A stretch of 64,000 nt of DNA from an uncultured delta proteobacterium (GTDB lineage Bacteria; Desulfobacterota; Binatia; Binatales; Binataceae). This document shows positions 37,550-46,585 of the stretch, piece by piece (within the stretch, counting starts at the first letter, position 1; each line of letters begins with the position of its first letter). The position numbers and the translations under genes were made by a program. The notes under the pieces were generated by a model that was not told the origin of the DNA, did no database searches, and was given only the letters and a program-made list of their open reading frames with translations. The DNA lies in assembly GCA_963836955.1 (NCBI GenBank), contig CAWILO010000005.1, forward strand, positions 207,466 to 271,465. Direction: 5' to 3'.

Positions 37550-38386
37550 TCAGTAGGGATAGGCCGGCCCGCCGTATCCGAATCCTGAACCCGGCATCGG
37601 CGGCGGATAGGTCGGATAGCCGTAACTGCGGTAGCTGGGCGCGTAGCCGGAACTGAATCCGCCGAAGCTTCCACCGTAACCGCCGCTGCCCATCGAAATA
37701 CCGCCCCCGAGCAACATCGGGAGAATCGTCGTCAGCATGCTCGGCGGAGCGTTGTTGTACTGCTGAAACTGTTGCTGTCCCTGCGCCTGGTAAGCATACG
37801 CGTCGGGCGGCATGTTGTTCTGATAGTCCTGGATCGAGCCGGAGTTGGCGTAAGGATCGGAGCCATCCGACGGCATCGCGTTCGCGGACGGAACACCGTT
37901 GGCAGTCGAGCCGGAGCCGCCGCCCTTGCTGCCCGCGAGTTCCGGGGTGATCTTGATCCGATTGTCAACTACGAGCGACGGATCCTTCAAATAATGGCGA
38001 GCCTTCTGCTCGGCGTCGGTCTTGCCGAAGTCGCTTGCGACGAAACCGAACAGAATCACCTGCTTCCCGCCGCTCGGACTGGTGACGACTTGACCACCGA
38101 CCAGTGGCAGCGAGTGATGCTTCAGGTAATCGGACAGACCCTGGCTCTGCGGTGAATCGACAATGCCGCCGGCGACGGTGCCCGCGCTCGATGGAGCGGG
38201 CAAACTCGAAGTGGAATCGTAGCTGTTCGAGGCGCCGACCTGCGCGGCATTAGTCGCGCCGGTCGGATTCTGCACGGGCTCGCATGAGGCCAATCCCGCC
38301 AGCGCCGCCGCCAGCCCGAAGGCCGCCAGGGCATTTCCGATGCGACTCATAGAACGGATTATAGTCCGGTACCACGCACCTAACAA
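37550..38386 (-). CDS. lipoprotein with BON-like domain and Gly/Tyr/Pro-rich C-terminal tail
   Basis: Lipobox LAGLASC; BON-like region (LSDYLKHHSLPLVGGQVV..ILFGFV); low-complexity GYGGSFGG..YPPP tail. Confidence 0.5.
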   Translation of the reverse strand: MLGAWYRTIIRSMSRIGNALAAFGLAAALAGLASCEPVQNPTGATNAAQVGASNSYDSTSSLPAPSSAGTVAGGIVDSPQSQGLSDYLKHHSLPLVGGQVVTSPSGGKQVILFGFVASDFGKTDAEQKARHYLKDPSLVVDNRIKITPELAGSKGGGSGSTANGVPSANAMPSDGSDPYANSGSIQDYQNNMPPDAYAYQAQGQQQFQQYNNAPPSMLTTILPMLLGGGISMGSGGYGGSFGGFSSGYAPSYRSYGYPTYPPPMPGSGFGYGGPAYPY

Positions 38387-38436
38387 TTCGACGAATTCGG
38401 GTCATTTTCGTTTCATTTCGCGATAACCGGTTCGCG

Positions 38437-39132
38437 TTGCGAGAATGCGTTAATCATTGTGCGAGAGCGATTTCCGTAATGCATACGGTTTTCGTTGGCA
38501 CGTTCGGTGCAGTTCCATTCACAGGATGTGGAATGACTATGTGGAATGGAAAGACTATATCGACTAACAAATCGAGCCAGAATCCTCTCGAAAAAGATGA
38601 GACCACGGCGCGAGTTGAAGCCGCGCTTAAGCGATTGAGCCTCGAGGATTCAAAACCCGGCGACCGTCTGTTGAATGCGGCCGTCGCAGGCGCGGTGGTC
38701 GCGCGTCAGCCGGCCGATCAGATGCTGCGAGCGGAAGCGGCCGAGGCCTGGAATTCGATTCAGCCGGTGATCGCGCATCACCTTACCAGCGAAGAAAATG
38801 TTGTTCTTCCGTGGGCGACGTCGCGGGAAGATTTTCCGCATGACCTGGTATTGCGTGCGCGCGAGCAGCATCTGCGACTGCGCGACCTTGCGCGAATAGT
38901 CGATGCGACGTCGTTCATCACCGGGTCGGACGAGGAAGTCACCAAGGCCGGCACCGCTTTGACCGCGTTCGCCGTATGTCTGGACGATCTGATCGACGGC
39001 GAAGAGCGCGACTTGTTCCCGATGCTCCAGCGCTGCCTTTTTCGGCGGTCCCACAAGCGCGTGACTCGAGGCACGTCGGTGTCTACTTCGGGTAGCCGAC
39101 CTCTAGCAGGAAGTCGCGCACCAGTTGATTGA
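38437..39132 (+). CDS. hemerythrin HHE cation-binding domain protein
   Basis: Two H..E..LFP-type motifs (IAHHLTSEENVVLPW; LIDGEERDLFPM). True start probably at 38539 (MTMWNGK). The 3' end overlaps the next gene by about 50 nt. Confidence 0.5.
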   Translation: MRECVNHCARAISVMHTVFVGTFGAVPFTGCGMTMWNGKTISTNKSSQNPLEKDETTARVEAALKRLSLEDSKPGDRLLNAAVAGAVVARQPADQMLRAEAAEAWNSIQPVIAHHLTSEENVVLPWATSREDFPHDLVLRAREQHLRLRDLARIVDATSFITGSDEEVTKAGTALTAFAVCLDDLIDGEERDLFPMLQRCLFRRSHKRVTRGTSVSTSGSRPLAGSRAPVD

Positions 39133-39892
39133 ACACGGGCGCATTCTCGAAATAGATCGAATGGCCGCTGCCGGGTACCGTGCGCAACCGCGAGTTCGGT
39201 AGCGCCGACGCCAGCTTCCTTGTGATGTCGGGCGTGATCAGAGTGTCTTCTTCGCCGACCATGCACAGTATCGGCATCGTCAATCGCCGCTTCACGTCGT
39301 CGAGGTTGTAGCGCAGGCCGACGATGCGCGCGCCGGCGTCGGCGGGAGGACGCGCGCCGTGAATCCGGATCTCGTCGTAGAGAAAAGCCATCTCGGACCG
39401 CCGCGAAAAGTAATCGGCAGCGTACGTCGGTAACGATCCGATCGGCGGAGTCGCATCCACCGGCAGCGCCGCGCGCGCGTCGGGTCTAGGGAAATTCATC
39501 TCGGGCGTGAAGATACCGCCGGGCGTGTCCGCCATCACCATCGCGGCGACTCGTTCAGGATGCTCGAGTGTGTAGCCGACTATAGTCCACCCGCCCATCG
39601 ATTGCCCCACCAGCACGGCTTTTTCGATCTTCAGATAGTCGAGCAGGGCGCCGAGATCGCTCGAGTGCGCGCGATTGAACAGGCCATCGGGATCGGGCGA
39701 GAGGCCGAAGCCGCGCTGATCGACGGTGATGCATTCGAACGAACGCATGAAGTAGGGGACCTGCTGCCACCACGAGAGGTGGTTGCCGCCGAGTCCGTGC
39801 AGGAAGACGATTGGAGCGCCGGCGCCGACGCGTTCGTAGTAGAGCGAGAACTTGCCGATTTCCAATCTACCGGGCGTGATTCGATATTCCAT
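39083..39892 (-). CDS. alpha/beta hydrolase
   Basis: HG oxyanion motif (VFLHGLGG) and nucleophile elbow (GQSMGG). Confidence 0.75.
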   Translation of the reverse strand: MEYRITPGRLEIGKFSLYYERVGAGAPIVFLHGLGGNHLSWWQQVPYFMRSFECITVDQRGFGLSPDPDGLFNRAHSSDLGALLDYLKIEKAVLVGQSMGGWTIVGYTLEHPERVAAMVMADTPGGIFTPEMNFPRPDARAALPVDATPPIGSLPTYAADYFSRRSEMAFLYDEIRIHGARPPADAGARIVGLRYNLDDVKRRLTMPILCMVGEEDTLITPDITRKLASALPNSRLRTVPGSGHSIYFENAPVFNQLVRDFLLEVGYPK

Positions 39893-39937
39893 CGCGACTC
39901 CCCAAACCTCCGTGCAAGGTTTCGTTCAGTTCTACGA

Positions 39938-40546
39938 CTAGCCTTTTCGATTGTCGATGCGAAGCCCTGAAAGCAGTTGCACGACGTTCTCGCCGACTTT
40001 GCGACGCGCGGCTGGCTTGTCGTCGGCGTGGGCGATGAAGATGGCGCCTTCGGTCAACGCACCGATCAACAGATGCGCCAACGAGTCGATCGGTCCCGGC
40101 GCTATGATGCCCTGATCGACGGCCGCCTGCAGTGCAGCCATCACGAGGCGGAGGTTGTACTTGGTGTCGATCTCGCGCCATCGCTCCCATCCGAGGACGG
40201 CGAGGGCGTCGATCAGCACGATTCGCTGTACGGCGGGATCGAGGCAAGCGTCGAGGAAGGCATTGCAGCCAGCGAGCATCCCGTCCCAGGCGCCCGACTT
40301 GATGGACGCAGCCTGAGCTACAACCAGTGAGAGTTTTTGTTCCACGAGATCGAACACGGCCGAGAACAAATCCTGCTTGTCTTTGAAGTGATGGTAGAGC
40401 GCGCCACGGGTGACGCGGGTGCGGCGGGCGACGGTCTCGATATCGGTGTCGGCGTAACCATGGCGTGCGAAGAGCTTGCGTGCGGTTTTTATGAGGGCGG
40501 CGCGGGTGGCCAGCGACTGCTCGAGCTTGCGGCTCTTGACTGCCAT
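39938..40546 (-). CDS. TetR/AcrR family transcriptional regulator
   Basis: N-terminal HTH (TRAALIKTARKLFARHGYADTDIETVARRTRVTRGALYHHF). Confidence 0.85.
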   Translation of the reverse strand: MAVKSRKLEQSLATRAALIKTARKLFARHGYADTDIETVARRTRVTRGALYHHFKDKQDLFSAVFDLVEQKLSLVVAQAASIKSGAWDGMLAGCNAFLDACLDPAVQRIVLIDALAVLGWERWREIDTKYNLRLVMAALQAAVDQGIIAPGPIDSLAHLLIGALTEGAIFIAHADDKPAARRKVGENVVQLLSGLRIDNRKG

Positions 40547-40623
40547 ACTGTTCTCATGTCACATACATACTGTTGGTATGTAAGATACTCACCAATCAAA
40601 TCGTGACAGGAGGCAGGTTAGCA
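40547..40623. promoter_or_regulatory. divergent promoter/operator region between the TetR regulator and the alpha/beta hydrolase
   Basis: Direct repeat CATACTGTT x2 and a near-palindrome ACATACATAC..GTATGTAAG in the 77-bp intergenic region. Confidence 0.35.
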
Positions 40624-41484
40624 ATGAAAGCAGAAGAGTTCCATCACGCGCGCAAGTTCGCGGATACCACTTTCGGTCGAATTGCATACGTCGAGAAGGG
40701 CACGGGCCCGGCGGCGCTGTTCGTTCACGGATTTCCAGTCAACGGTTTCGCGTGGCGCGGCACGTTGGAGGATCTCGCGGCAACGCAGCGATGTATCGCG
40801 TTCGATCTGATGGGGTTGGGCTACACCGAAATCAAGGCGGACCAGGACCTCGGATTCGACCAGCAGGCCGCAATGATCGCCGGCTTTCTCGATCGGCTGG
40901 GCTTGTCGCAAGTGGACCTGGTCGGCAACGACAGTGGCGCGAGTATCAGCCAGGTGTTCGCGGCGCGATATCCGTCGCGTCTGCGCAGCCTGACGATCAC
41001 CAACTGCGAGGTTCACGATCTGTGGCCCAATCCGATGCTGAAAGCGGTGTTCGACCAGTTCGCGGACCCAGCGATCGTCATGGGGCTGAACGCGATGCTG
41101 CAATCGCCGGCGGTCGCACGCCAGGGCTTGGCTTCAGTTTATGAAGACGCCGAGCGCATCCCGGACGAAGCGTTCAAGACTTATCTCGAGCCGGTGCTGT
41201 CGTCGGAGGAGCGGACTAACAGCCTGCGACGCTTTCTAAATCTCGCCAATCTGAAAGTGTTAACCTCGATCGCGCCACAACTGCGGGAGCTCAAGGTGCC
41301 GACGCTGATTGTGTGGGGCGAGGCCGACACGGCATTCGATCTGAAGTCGCCGGAGTGGCTGAAGAACAATATCGGCGGCGTGCGCCGGCTGATCATGGTG
41401 CCGCGCGCGAAACTGTTCTTCCCGGAGGAGCATCCGAAGCTGATGAGCGTGCTGCTGCAGGAGTTCTGGCGCAGCATATCGTGA
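40624..41484 (+). CDS. alpha/beta hydrolase (haloalkane dehalogenase/epoxide hydrolase-like)
   Basis: HG motif (LFVHGFP) and nucleophile elbow (GNDSGASI). Start at MKAEEF. Confidence 0.75.
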   Translation: MKAEEFHHARKFADTTFGRIAYVEKGTGPAALFVHGFPVNGFAWRGTLEDLAATQRCIAFDLMGLGYTEIKADQDLGFDQQAAMIAGFLDRLGLSQVDLVGNDSGASISQVFAARYPSRLRSLTITNCEVHDLWPNPMLKAVFDQFADPAIVMGLNAMLQSPAVARQGLASVYEDAERIPDEAFKTYLEPVLSSEERTNSLRRFLNLANLKVLTSIAPQLRELKVPTLIVWGEADTAFDLKSPEWLKNNIGGVRRLIMVPRAKLFFPEEHPKLMSVLLQEFWRSIS

Positions 41485-41500
41485 GTCGAGGGTCAGATCG

Positions 41501-41926
41501 TCAGCCGGGACCTGCGGCGGTCTGGACGCAAGCGGGGCCGATGAAGCGCCACATTGTTACGTGCGCGCCTTTGGCCCATTTCATCATCCGGGACAATTCG
41601 CGGCCGTCGTCGGACAGAATCAGATCGGCTTCGGGCGAAGCTGGATTGGCGGAGTTCATGCGCATCGAGACTACGCGGCCTTTGAGGGTTCCGCTGCCGA
41701 CGGCTCTCATCCGACCGGTGCCCGCGGCGTAGCTTGTGACAGTCAGCTCGTGGCCGGTTTGTTTGATGAGATGACAATTGGAAGCGACATCGCGCCACGC
41801 GCCGTTGAGATTCCTGGGCCTGGGCAAAACGGCCGGAGCTACGCGATTCTCAGTGCCGTTCATCGGTGGGCTCGGCACTGCGGCAGAGGAGTCCAGCGCG
41901 GCCACCTGGCGTGTCTCGTCAGGCAT
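41501..41926 (-). CDS. hypothetical protein
   Basis: 141-aa ORF with a protein-like composition, in a region of many overlapping GC-rich ORFs. Confidence 0.3.
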   Translation of the reverse strand: MPDETRQVAALDSSAAVPSPPMNGTENRVAPAVLPRPRNLNGAWRDVASNCHLIKQTGHELTVTSYAAGTGRMRAVGSGTLKGRVVSMRMNSANPASPEADLILSDDGRELSRMMKWAKGAHVTMWRFIGPACVQTAAGPG

Positions 41927-42274
41927 CCGCAGCTGGGCGCGAACTCCAGCGGGCCGCAGGCGCAGATGGTTTCCGAGATAGCCGGTTTGGTGGAGTACGC
42001 CGATCAGGCCCGCGGCCGCCGTCAGGGCGGTCGCGATTCCGCTGAACCCCCCGGCATCATGTGCCGCAGACCGACCTTTTCGTTATTCCCCATCCGGCGC
42101 GTCCTTACCTCGAGATAAGTACGACAGGGAATCTTAAGGTAACGGGCAGCGCCGCATCAAGCGAGGCGCAACCACTTTGAAGGACGTCGCGGAGAAAGCG
42201 TGCGGCAGGTTAGCGCGATGCTCTGCGCGGCCTGACTTTGAGCCGTCGCGAACCCCGGCGGGATCGGAGATATA

Positions 42275-42881
42275 TCACGACTGCGATGCCCACGACGAAC
42301 AGAATTCCCACCAGAGCAGGACGCTGAACCGGTCGAGATTGTCGTACCAAGCGTCGGAGGCAGGGACTTGGGGTGCCGACACTCCGATTTGGCTTGCGAA
42401 CTTGTCACGCCATCGCGACATCACGATCAGAAAATTCCACGCCAGGCCGGCGACGAGAACGATCGACCAGAAAAGAACACCGAACTGCTCCGGCACGCGA
42501 CGACGAGTTATGTCGCCAAGCGAAGCCGGGTCGGGGATAATCACGGGAGCGACGCGAACCGGGACCCTTGGAAAATTGACGGCTGGCTCTTCGTATTCTT
42601 GTTCGCGCGGAGCACGTTGAAGGGCGACTGCCGCGGGATCGATCTCGGGATCGGAGGCCTCGCGAATCTGGCGCAGGATGAACAGCATATCCTGTTTGCT
42701 GGACAGCGTTCCCAACAGTGCGCACTTGGATAGCGCCTCGAGCTCCTGGGGGGGTTATCTTGAGGCGCTCGATGAGTTCATAGTCGTTGCGAATCTGATC
42801 CAGAATCTCGCGCTCTTTTCGCGGCACCAGCGTCGAGGGATCATGCGTATCGGGTTTCATCACGGGAAATTTTGACGACAA
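42275..42881 (-). pseudogene. membrane protein (anti-sigma-factor-like topology) frameshifted in a C8/G8 homopolymer at 42746-42753
   Basis: The 158-aa ORF N-terminus (..KEREILDQIRNDYELIERLKITP) and the 146-aa ORF (..LSSKQDMLFILRQIREASDP..TM helix..) join into one protein of about 230 aa if the C run is 7 instead of 8. Confidence 0.4.
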
Positions 42882-43031
42882 TTACGGCTTAAAGCAAGGC
42901 TAAGGTGGTCATGAAACGTATAGAGAGTCAAAATGCCTATAAGCGAACTGAAAAAGCGCAATAGATAAATCATGCTGTAAGTATTACCTACCTAAAGTAC
43001 GGCTCTCTGGCCGGAAAAACGGGGGAATGTC

Positions 43032-43487
43032 ATGGACAGCTGGAAATCACTTCTGGAACCTTCCTCGCTTACTCGCAGCGTCATATTTATTCGTGTCGCC
43101 GTCGGGTTGATTTTCCTGACGCAGGGGATCCTGAAATACCTCGATCCTCATATGGGTGTTCTGAGGTTCGCGCGAATCGGATTCCCGATGCCTGACTTCA
43201 CGGCTCATTTCGTCGGCGCCTTCGAGATCATCTGTGGGATCCTGGTTCTGATCGGCCTGCTCACCAGGCTCGCGAGCATTCCTCTCCTGATCGTGATCCT
43301 GACGGCGATCGCAACCACCAAGATCCCGGAGTTGTTTCATCCCAACCAGGGCTTCTGGTTCATGGTGAGCGACGCGAGGACGGATTTTGCGATGACGATG
43401 AGCTTGCTCTTCCTGATAAGTGTCGGCGGCGGCGCATGGTCGCTCGACGCCCGAATCTGGAAAGAAGAAGCTCGACGCGCGAGCTGA
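43032..43487 (+). CDS. DoxX family membrane protein
   Basis: Four predicted TM helices in a DoxX-like arrangement. SD GGGGGAA upstream of the ATG. Confidence 0.7.
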   Translation: MDSWKSLLEPSSLTRSVIFIRVAVGLIFLTQGILKYLDPHMGVLRFARIGFPMPDFTAHFVGAFEIICGILVLIGLLTRLASIPLLIVILTAIATTKIPELFHPNQGFWFMVSDARTDFAMTMSLLFLISVGGGAWSLDARIWKEEARRAS

Positions 43488-43510
43488 GCGCCTGGCAGGA
43501 ACTCGAACGC

Positions 43511-44620
43511 CTACTGGATGGTCGAGGTTTCGATGTCTTTCGAGTCCGCGGGCAACGTCATCAGCAACCCGTCGTAGCCAAGGATGACACCGCGCGGCCG
43601 GACGTCCGCAACACCGCGCATGAACGCAATCCGCGCTAATACGTTCGGCGTCGGAGGACCGATATGGCTCAGCACGAGCATCTGAACTCCGGCCTGGTTG
43701 GCCTCGGACGCGGCCTCGACAGGGGTCGTGTGGTAGCGGCGGATGTCGGACATGATCTTGGCAATGCGCGCATTACCAAGATGTTCTACCGCTTCCTGAA
43801 TAAGCTTAGTGAGATGCGCAGCCTGCCCTTCGTGAATCAGCACGTTAGCGTCCTTGGAGACCGCGACCAGATTGGCGCACGGTTTAGTATCACCGCTGAT
43901 CACTACCGACCGTCCCTTGTAGTCCAATCGATAGCCGTAGGCGGGCGCCACCGGCGCGTGATCGACGGTGAATGCGGTGACCTTGAGACCGTTCTCTTCC
44001 AACACCGTCGCGGAACCGCCGGCGCATGGCGACGCACCCCGCGGAGTATCGATCTTCACCGCGAGCGGCCGCATCTGCCAGTTCGCTGGGGACATCAGCG
44101 CCGCGCCGTGATGCGCCACGCGGTAACCCTCGTCAAGCGAGTACGCCTGCTCGAATCCCGTCACAACTTGCTCGACTCCCGGCGGACCGTACACGCGCAG
44201 AGGATGGTCCCGTCCTTGCGCCCAGGTCTCCAGGTTGAGTTCGCCGAGGTCGCCGATGTGATCGGAATGAAAATGGGTGAACATGACCGCCGCGACTCGC
44301 GGTGCGGGAATATGCCAGAGCGCGAGGTTCTTCCACGCGCCGGGCCCGGTGTCCACGACGTAGACGTTGCCGCCGGCGAAGACGGCAGTGCAGGCGGCCG
44401 CGCGATTGCGATCAGCCAGTGGATTCCCGGTGCCGCACAACAACACTCGCATCGAATCCGGCGCGAGCAGATCGTTGCGCGTCGCGGCCAGGGTGTTAGC
44501 GATCACTCGCCGGAATATCGCGTCCTGCACCGCGGGGATGTGAATCATCCACCATGCAATCGCGACCAGCGCCGCAACCGCGGCGGCGCTGAGCATCAAT
44601 CTTCGTGACAGGCGCGACAT
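43511..44620 (-). CDS. MBL-fold metallo-hydrolase (RNase Z-like)
   Basis: HxHxDH motif (HFHSDHIGD). N-terminal TM/signal segment. Confidence 0.75.
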   Translation of the reverse strand: MSRLSRRLMLSAAAVAALVAIAWWMIHIPAVQDAIFRRVIANTLAATRNDLLAPDSMRVLLCGTGNPLADRNRAAACTAVFAGGNVYVVDTGPGAWKNLALWHIPAPRVAAVMFTHFHSDHIGDLGELNLETWAQGRDHPLRVYGPPGVEQVVTGFEQAYSLDEGYRVAHHGAALMSPANWQMRPLAVKIDTPRGASPCAGGSATVLEENGLKVTAFTVDHAPVAPAYGYRLDYKGRSVVISGDTKPCANLVAVSKDANVLIHEGQAAHLTKLIQEAVEHLGNARIAKIMSDIRRYHTTPVEAASEANQAGVQMLVLSHIGPPTPNVLARIAFMRGVADVRPRGVILGYDGLLMTLPADSKDIETSTIQ

Positions 44621-44666
44621 CGTGCGTTGGCGTGGACGGATTAGGCTTGCCTTGCGAGGAGTTACG

Positions 44667-44738
44667 TGCCCCGGCCGGGAATCGAACCCGGACTTGAGGT
44701 TCCGGAGACCTCCGTGATGTCCTTTTCACTACCGGGAC
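44667..44738 (-). tRNA. tRNA-Arg (anticodon CCG)
   Basis: Manual fold of the reverse complement. Acceptor GTCCCGG/CCGGGGC (one GU pair), D stem GTGA/TCAC, anticodon stem GAGGT/ACCTC with loop CTCCGGA, T arm CCGGG-TTCGATT-CCCGG, discriminator A. CCA is not encoded. Confidence 0.8.
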
Positions 44739-44799
44739 GAAGGGTGAGGCAAGGAAAAGAACTACATCAGCGATGCGCGGCGGACAAGACGAGCACCGG

Positions 44800-45666
44800 C
44801 TAATACAGAATCGACGGGATGAACGGGAAGCGCGGCTCGTTGTAGAGGCCGACGCTCATCAGCGTCATCTGCTGCATCAGGCGCAGGCCCTTGCTGTAAC
44901 ACCATCGGAGCAGCTCGCCGTTGCGCGACGGGATCAGCGGGCCCACGCCGAGAAATTCACGCGCTGACGAAATCAGCGCCTTGAGCTCCTCGTTCGATTC
45001 ACCGACAGCGTGACCCGCGTATCCGATCGCGGTCGCGTAGCCGGTGATGCGGCCGAGATGCTCGACGACCGCCGCCGTTCCGCCCTCGATCGCGCCGCGC
45101 AATTCGCCGCTACGATCGTGCCCATGCACAACGGCGCAGAGCCGGTTGCATGCGTCGAGGTCGGCGTCGGTGGCGGGGCGAACGACGTAGCCGGAGAGCC
45201 TCTCGTTGATGGGCGTCCCTACCATCACGGAAAGCGGCTCTCGGATTTCGAAACCAAGCTTCGCGTACAGGCTGAGCGAGCGATTGTGATACGCGGTCTG
45301 CACCAGCCTGACGCCGGGCAATCGATTGGCCGCAACGCGATCGAGCATATGCTGCATCATTGCGCGGCCGGCGCCGCTGTTCTGCACGCCGGGATCGACG
45401 CTGATCGGACCGATCCCTGCGATCGCCGAGCGCTCATCCATGAAGTTGCTGCCGGCTATGCATCCGTTCAACTCCGCGACGATACCGTAATGGCCTGGAT
45501 CGGAAATCATGCCACGGACGACGGCGAGGGCAGCCTCCGGCGCGGGGAACTCGTGCGGGAAATTGTGCTGGTCAGCGATTGTGCAGAACGCGCGGTAACA
45601 AATCTCGCCGCAGACCTCGATATCCTCGCGCGTCGCACGCCGAATCTGTGCTTTCGCTTGAGCCAT
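44800..45666 (-). CDS. GNAT family N-acetyltransferase (two-domain)
   Basis: Start trimmed to MAQAKAQIRR; the upstream 158 codons are Arg-rich overlap artefact. GNAT motif (GAGRAMMQHMLD). Confidence 0.65.
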   Translation of the reverse strand: MAQAKAQIRRATREDIEVCGEICYRAFCTIADQHNFPHEFPAPEAALAVVRGMISDPGHYGIVAELNGCIAGSNFMDERSAIAGIGPISVDPGVQNSGAGRAMMQHMLDRVAANRLPGVRLVQTAYHNRSLSLYAKLGFEIREPLSVMVGTPINERLSGYVVRPATDADLDACNRLCAVVHGHDRSGELRGAIEGGTAAVVEHLGRITGYATAIGYAGHAVGESNEELKALISSAREFLGVGPLIPSRNGELLRWCYSKGLRLMQQMTLMSVGLYNEPRFPFIPSILY

Positions 45667-45668
45667 GT

Positions 45669-46502
45669 TTACGCCGAGGCCTTGGTCTCGCGCTGCATCT
45701 CGGCGTGGCGCCGGTCCGCTTCGGGCCGCGTCTGAGCGATCGTCGCAATCAGCTCGTCGTGCAGCCTTCCGTTGGTCGCGACGATGTTCGCGCCGGCCAA
45801 GTCTAGCTCGGAGGCGTCCATGTTCGTCACGCGACCGCGCGCTTCCTCGACCAGCAACGCGCCGGCGGCGACGTCCCAGGGGCGGAGCCCGAACTCCCAG
45901 AATCCATCGGTGCGTCCGGCCGCGACGTACGCAAGATCGAGCGCAGCCGAGCCGGTGCGGCGTACGCCCTGCACGCGCGTCATGAGTTCTTCCCAGAAGC
46001 ATAGGTAGAAGCGCCGACGCTCGCGCCGGTCGTATGCGAAGCCGGTGCATAGCAGGGCGGCGCCCAGGTTGGGCGTCGAGCTGACGCGAATCGGCTTGCC
46101 GTTCAAACGTGCGCCCTGTCCGCGATGGGCGATGAAGCATTCTTTTTTCAGCGCGTCGTAAACCACGCCGAACTGCAGGCGGCCGCGCCGCTCGTACGCG
46201 ATCGACACGCAGAATTGCGGATAGCCGTGCGCGAAGTTGGTGGTGCCGTCGAGCGGGTCAATGATCCATCGATGGTCGCTCTGATGCACGCTGGCGCCGC
46301 TTTCCTCGGCGAGGATCGCGTGGGTGGGATATGCGCGATGAATTACTTCGATGATCGCCGCTTCCGATTCGCGGTCGGCTTCGGTGACGAGGTCGATCGA
46401 GTTCGACTTGCGATTGATCGTGATTCTGCTGAGTCGCTTGAGATGAATTCTGCCGGCAGCACGTGCGGCGCGGAGCCCAACCTGTTCGATTTCATTGATC
46501 AC
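45669..46502 (-). CDS. suhB: inositol monophosphatase family protein
   Basis: IMPase motifs (WIIDPLDGTTNF; WDVAAG). Confidence 0.8.
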   Translation of the reverse strand: MINEIEQVGLRAARAAGRIHLKRLSRITINRKSNSIDLVTEADRESEAAIIEVIHRAYPTHAILAEESGASVHQSDHRWIIDPLDGTTNFAHGYPQFCVSIAYERRGRLQFGVVYDALKKECFIAHRGQGARLNGKPIRVSSTPNLGAALLCTGFAYDRRERRRFYLCFWEELMTRVQGVRRTGSAALDLAYVAAGRTDGFWEFGLRPWDVAAGALLVEEARGRVTNMDASELDLAGANIVATNGRLHDELIATIAQTRPEADRRHAEMQRETKASA

Positions 46503-46585
46503 GGTTAAGGAAGGTATTACTCGCGGTGAGGAGCGTCCAGCGCGACATGCAGATCAATCGACAATCGATGATCCGAGGAGCACAA

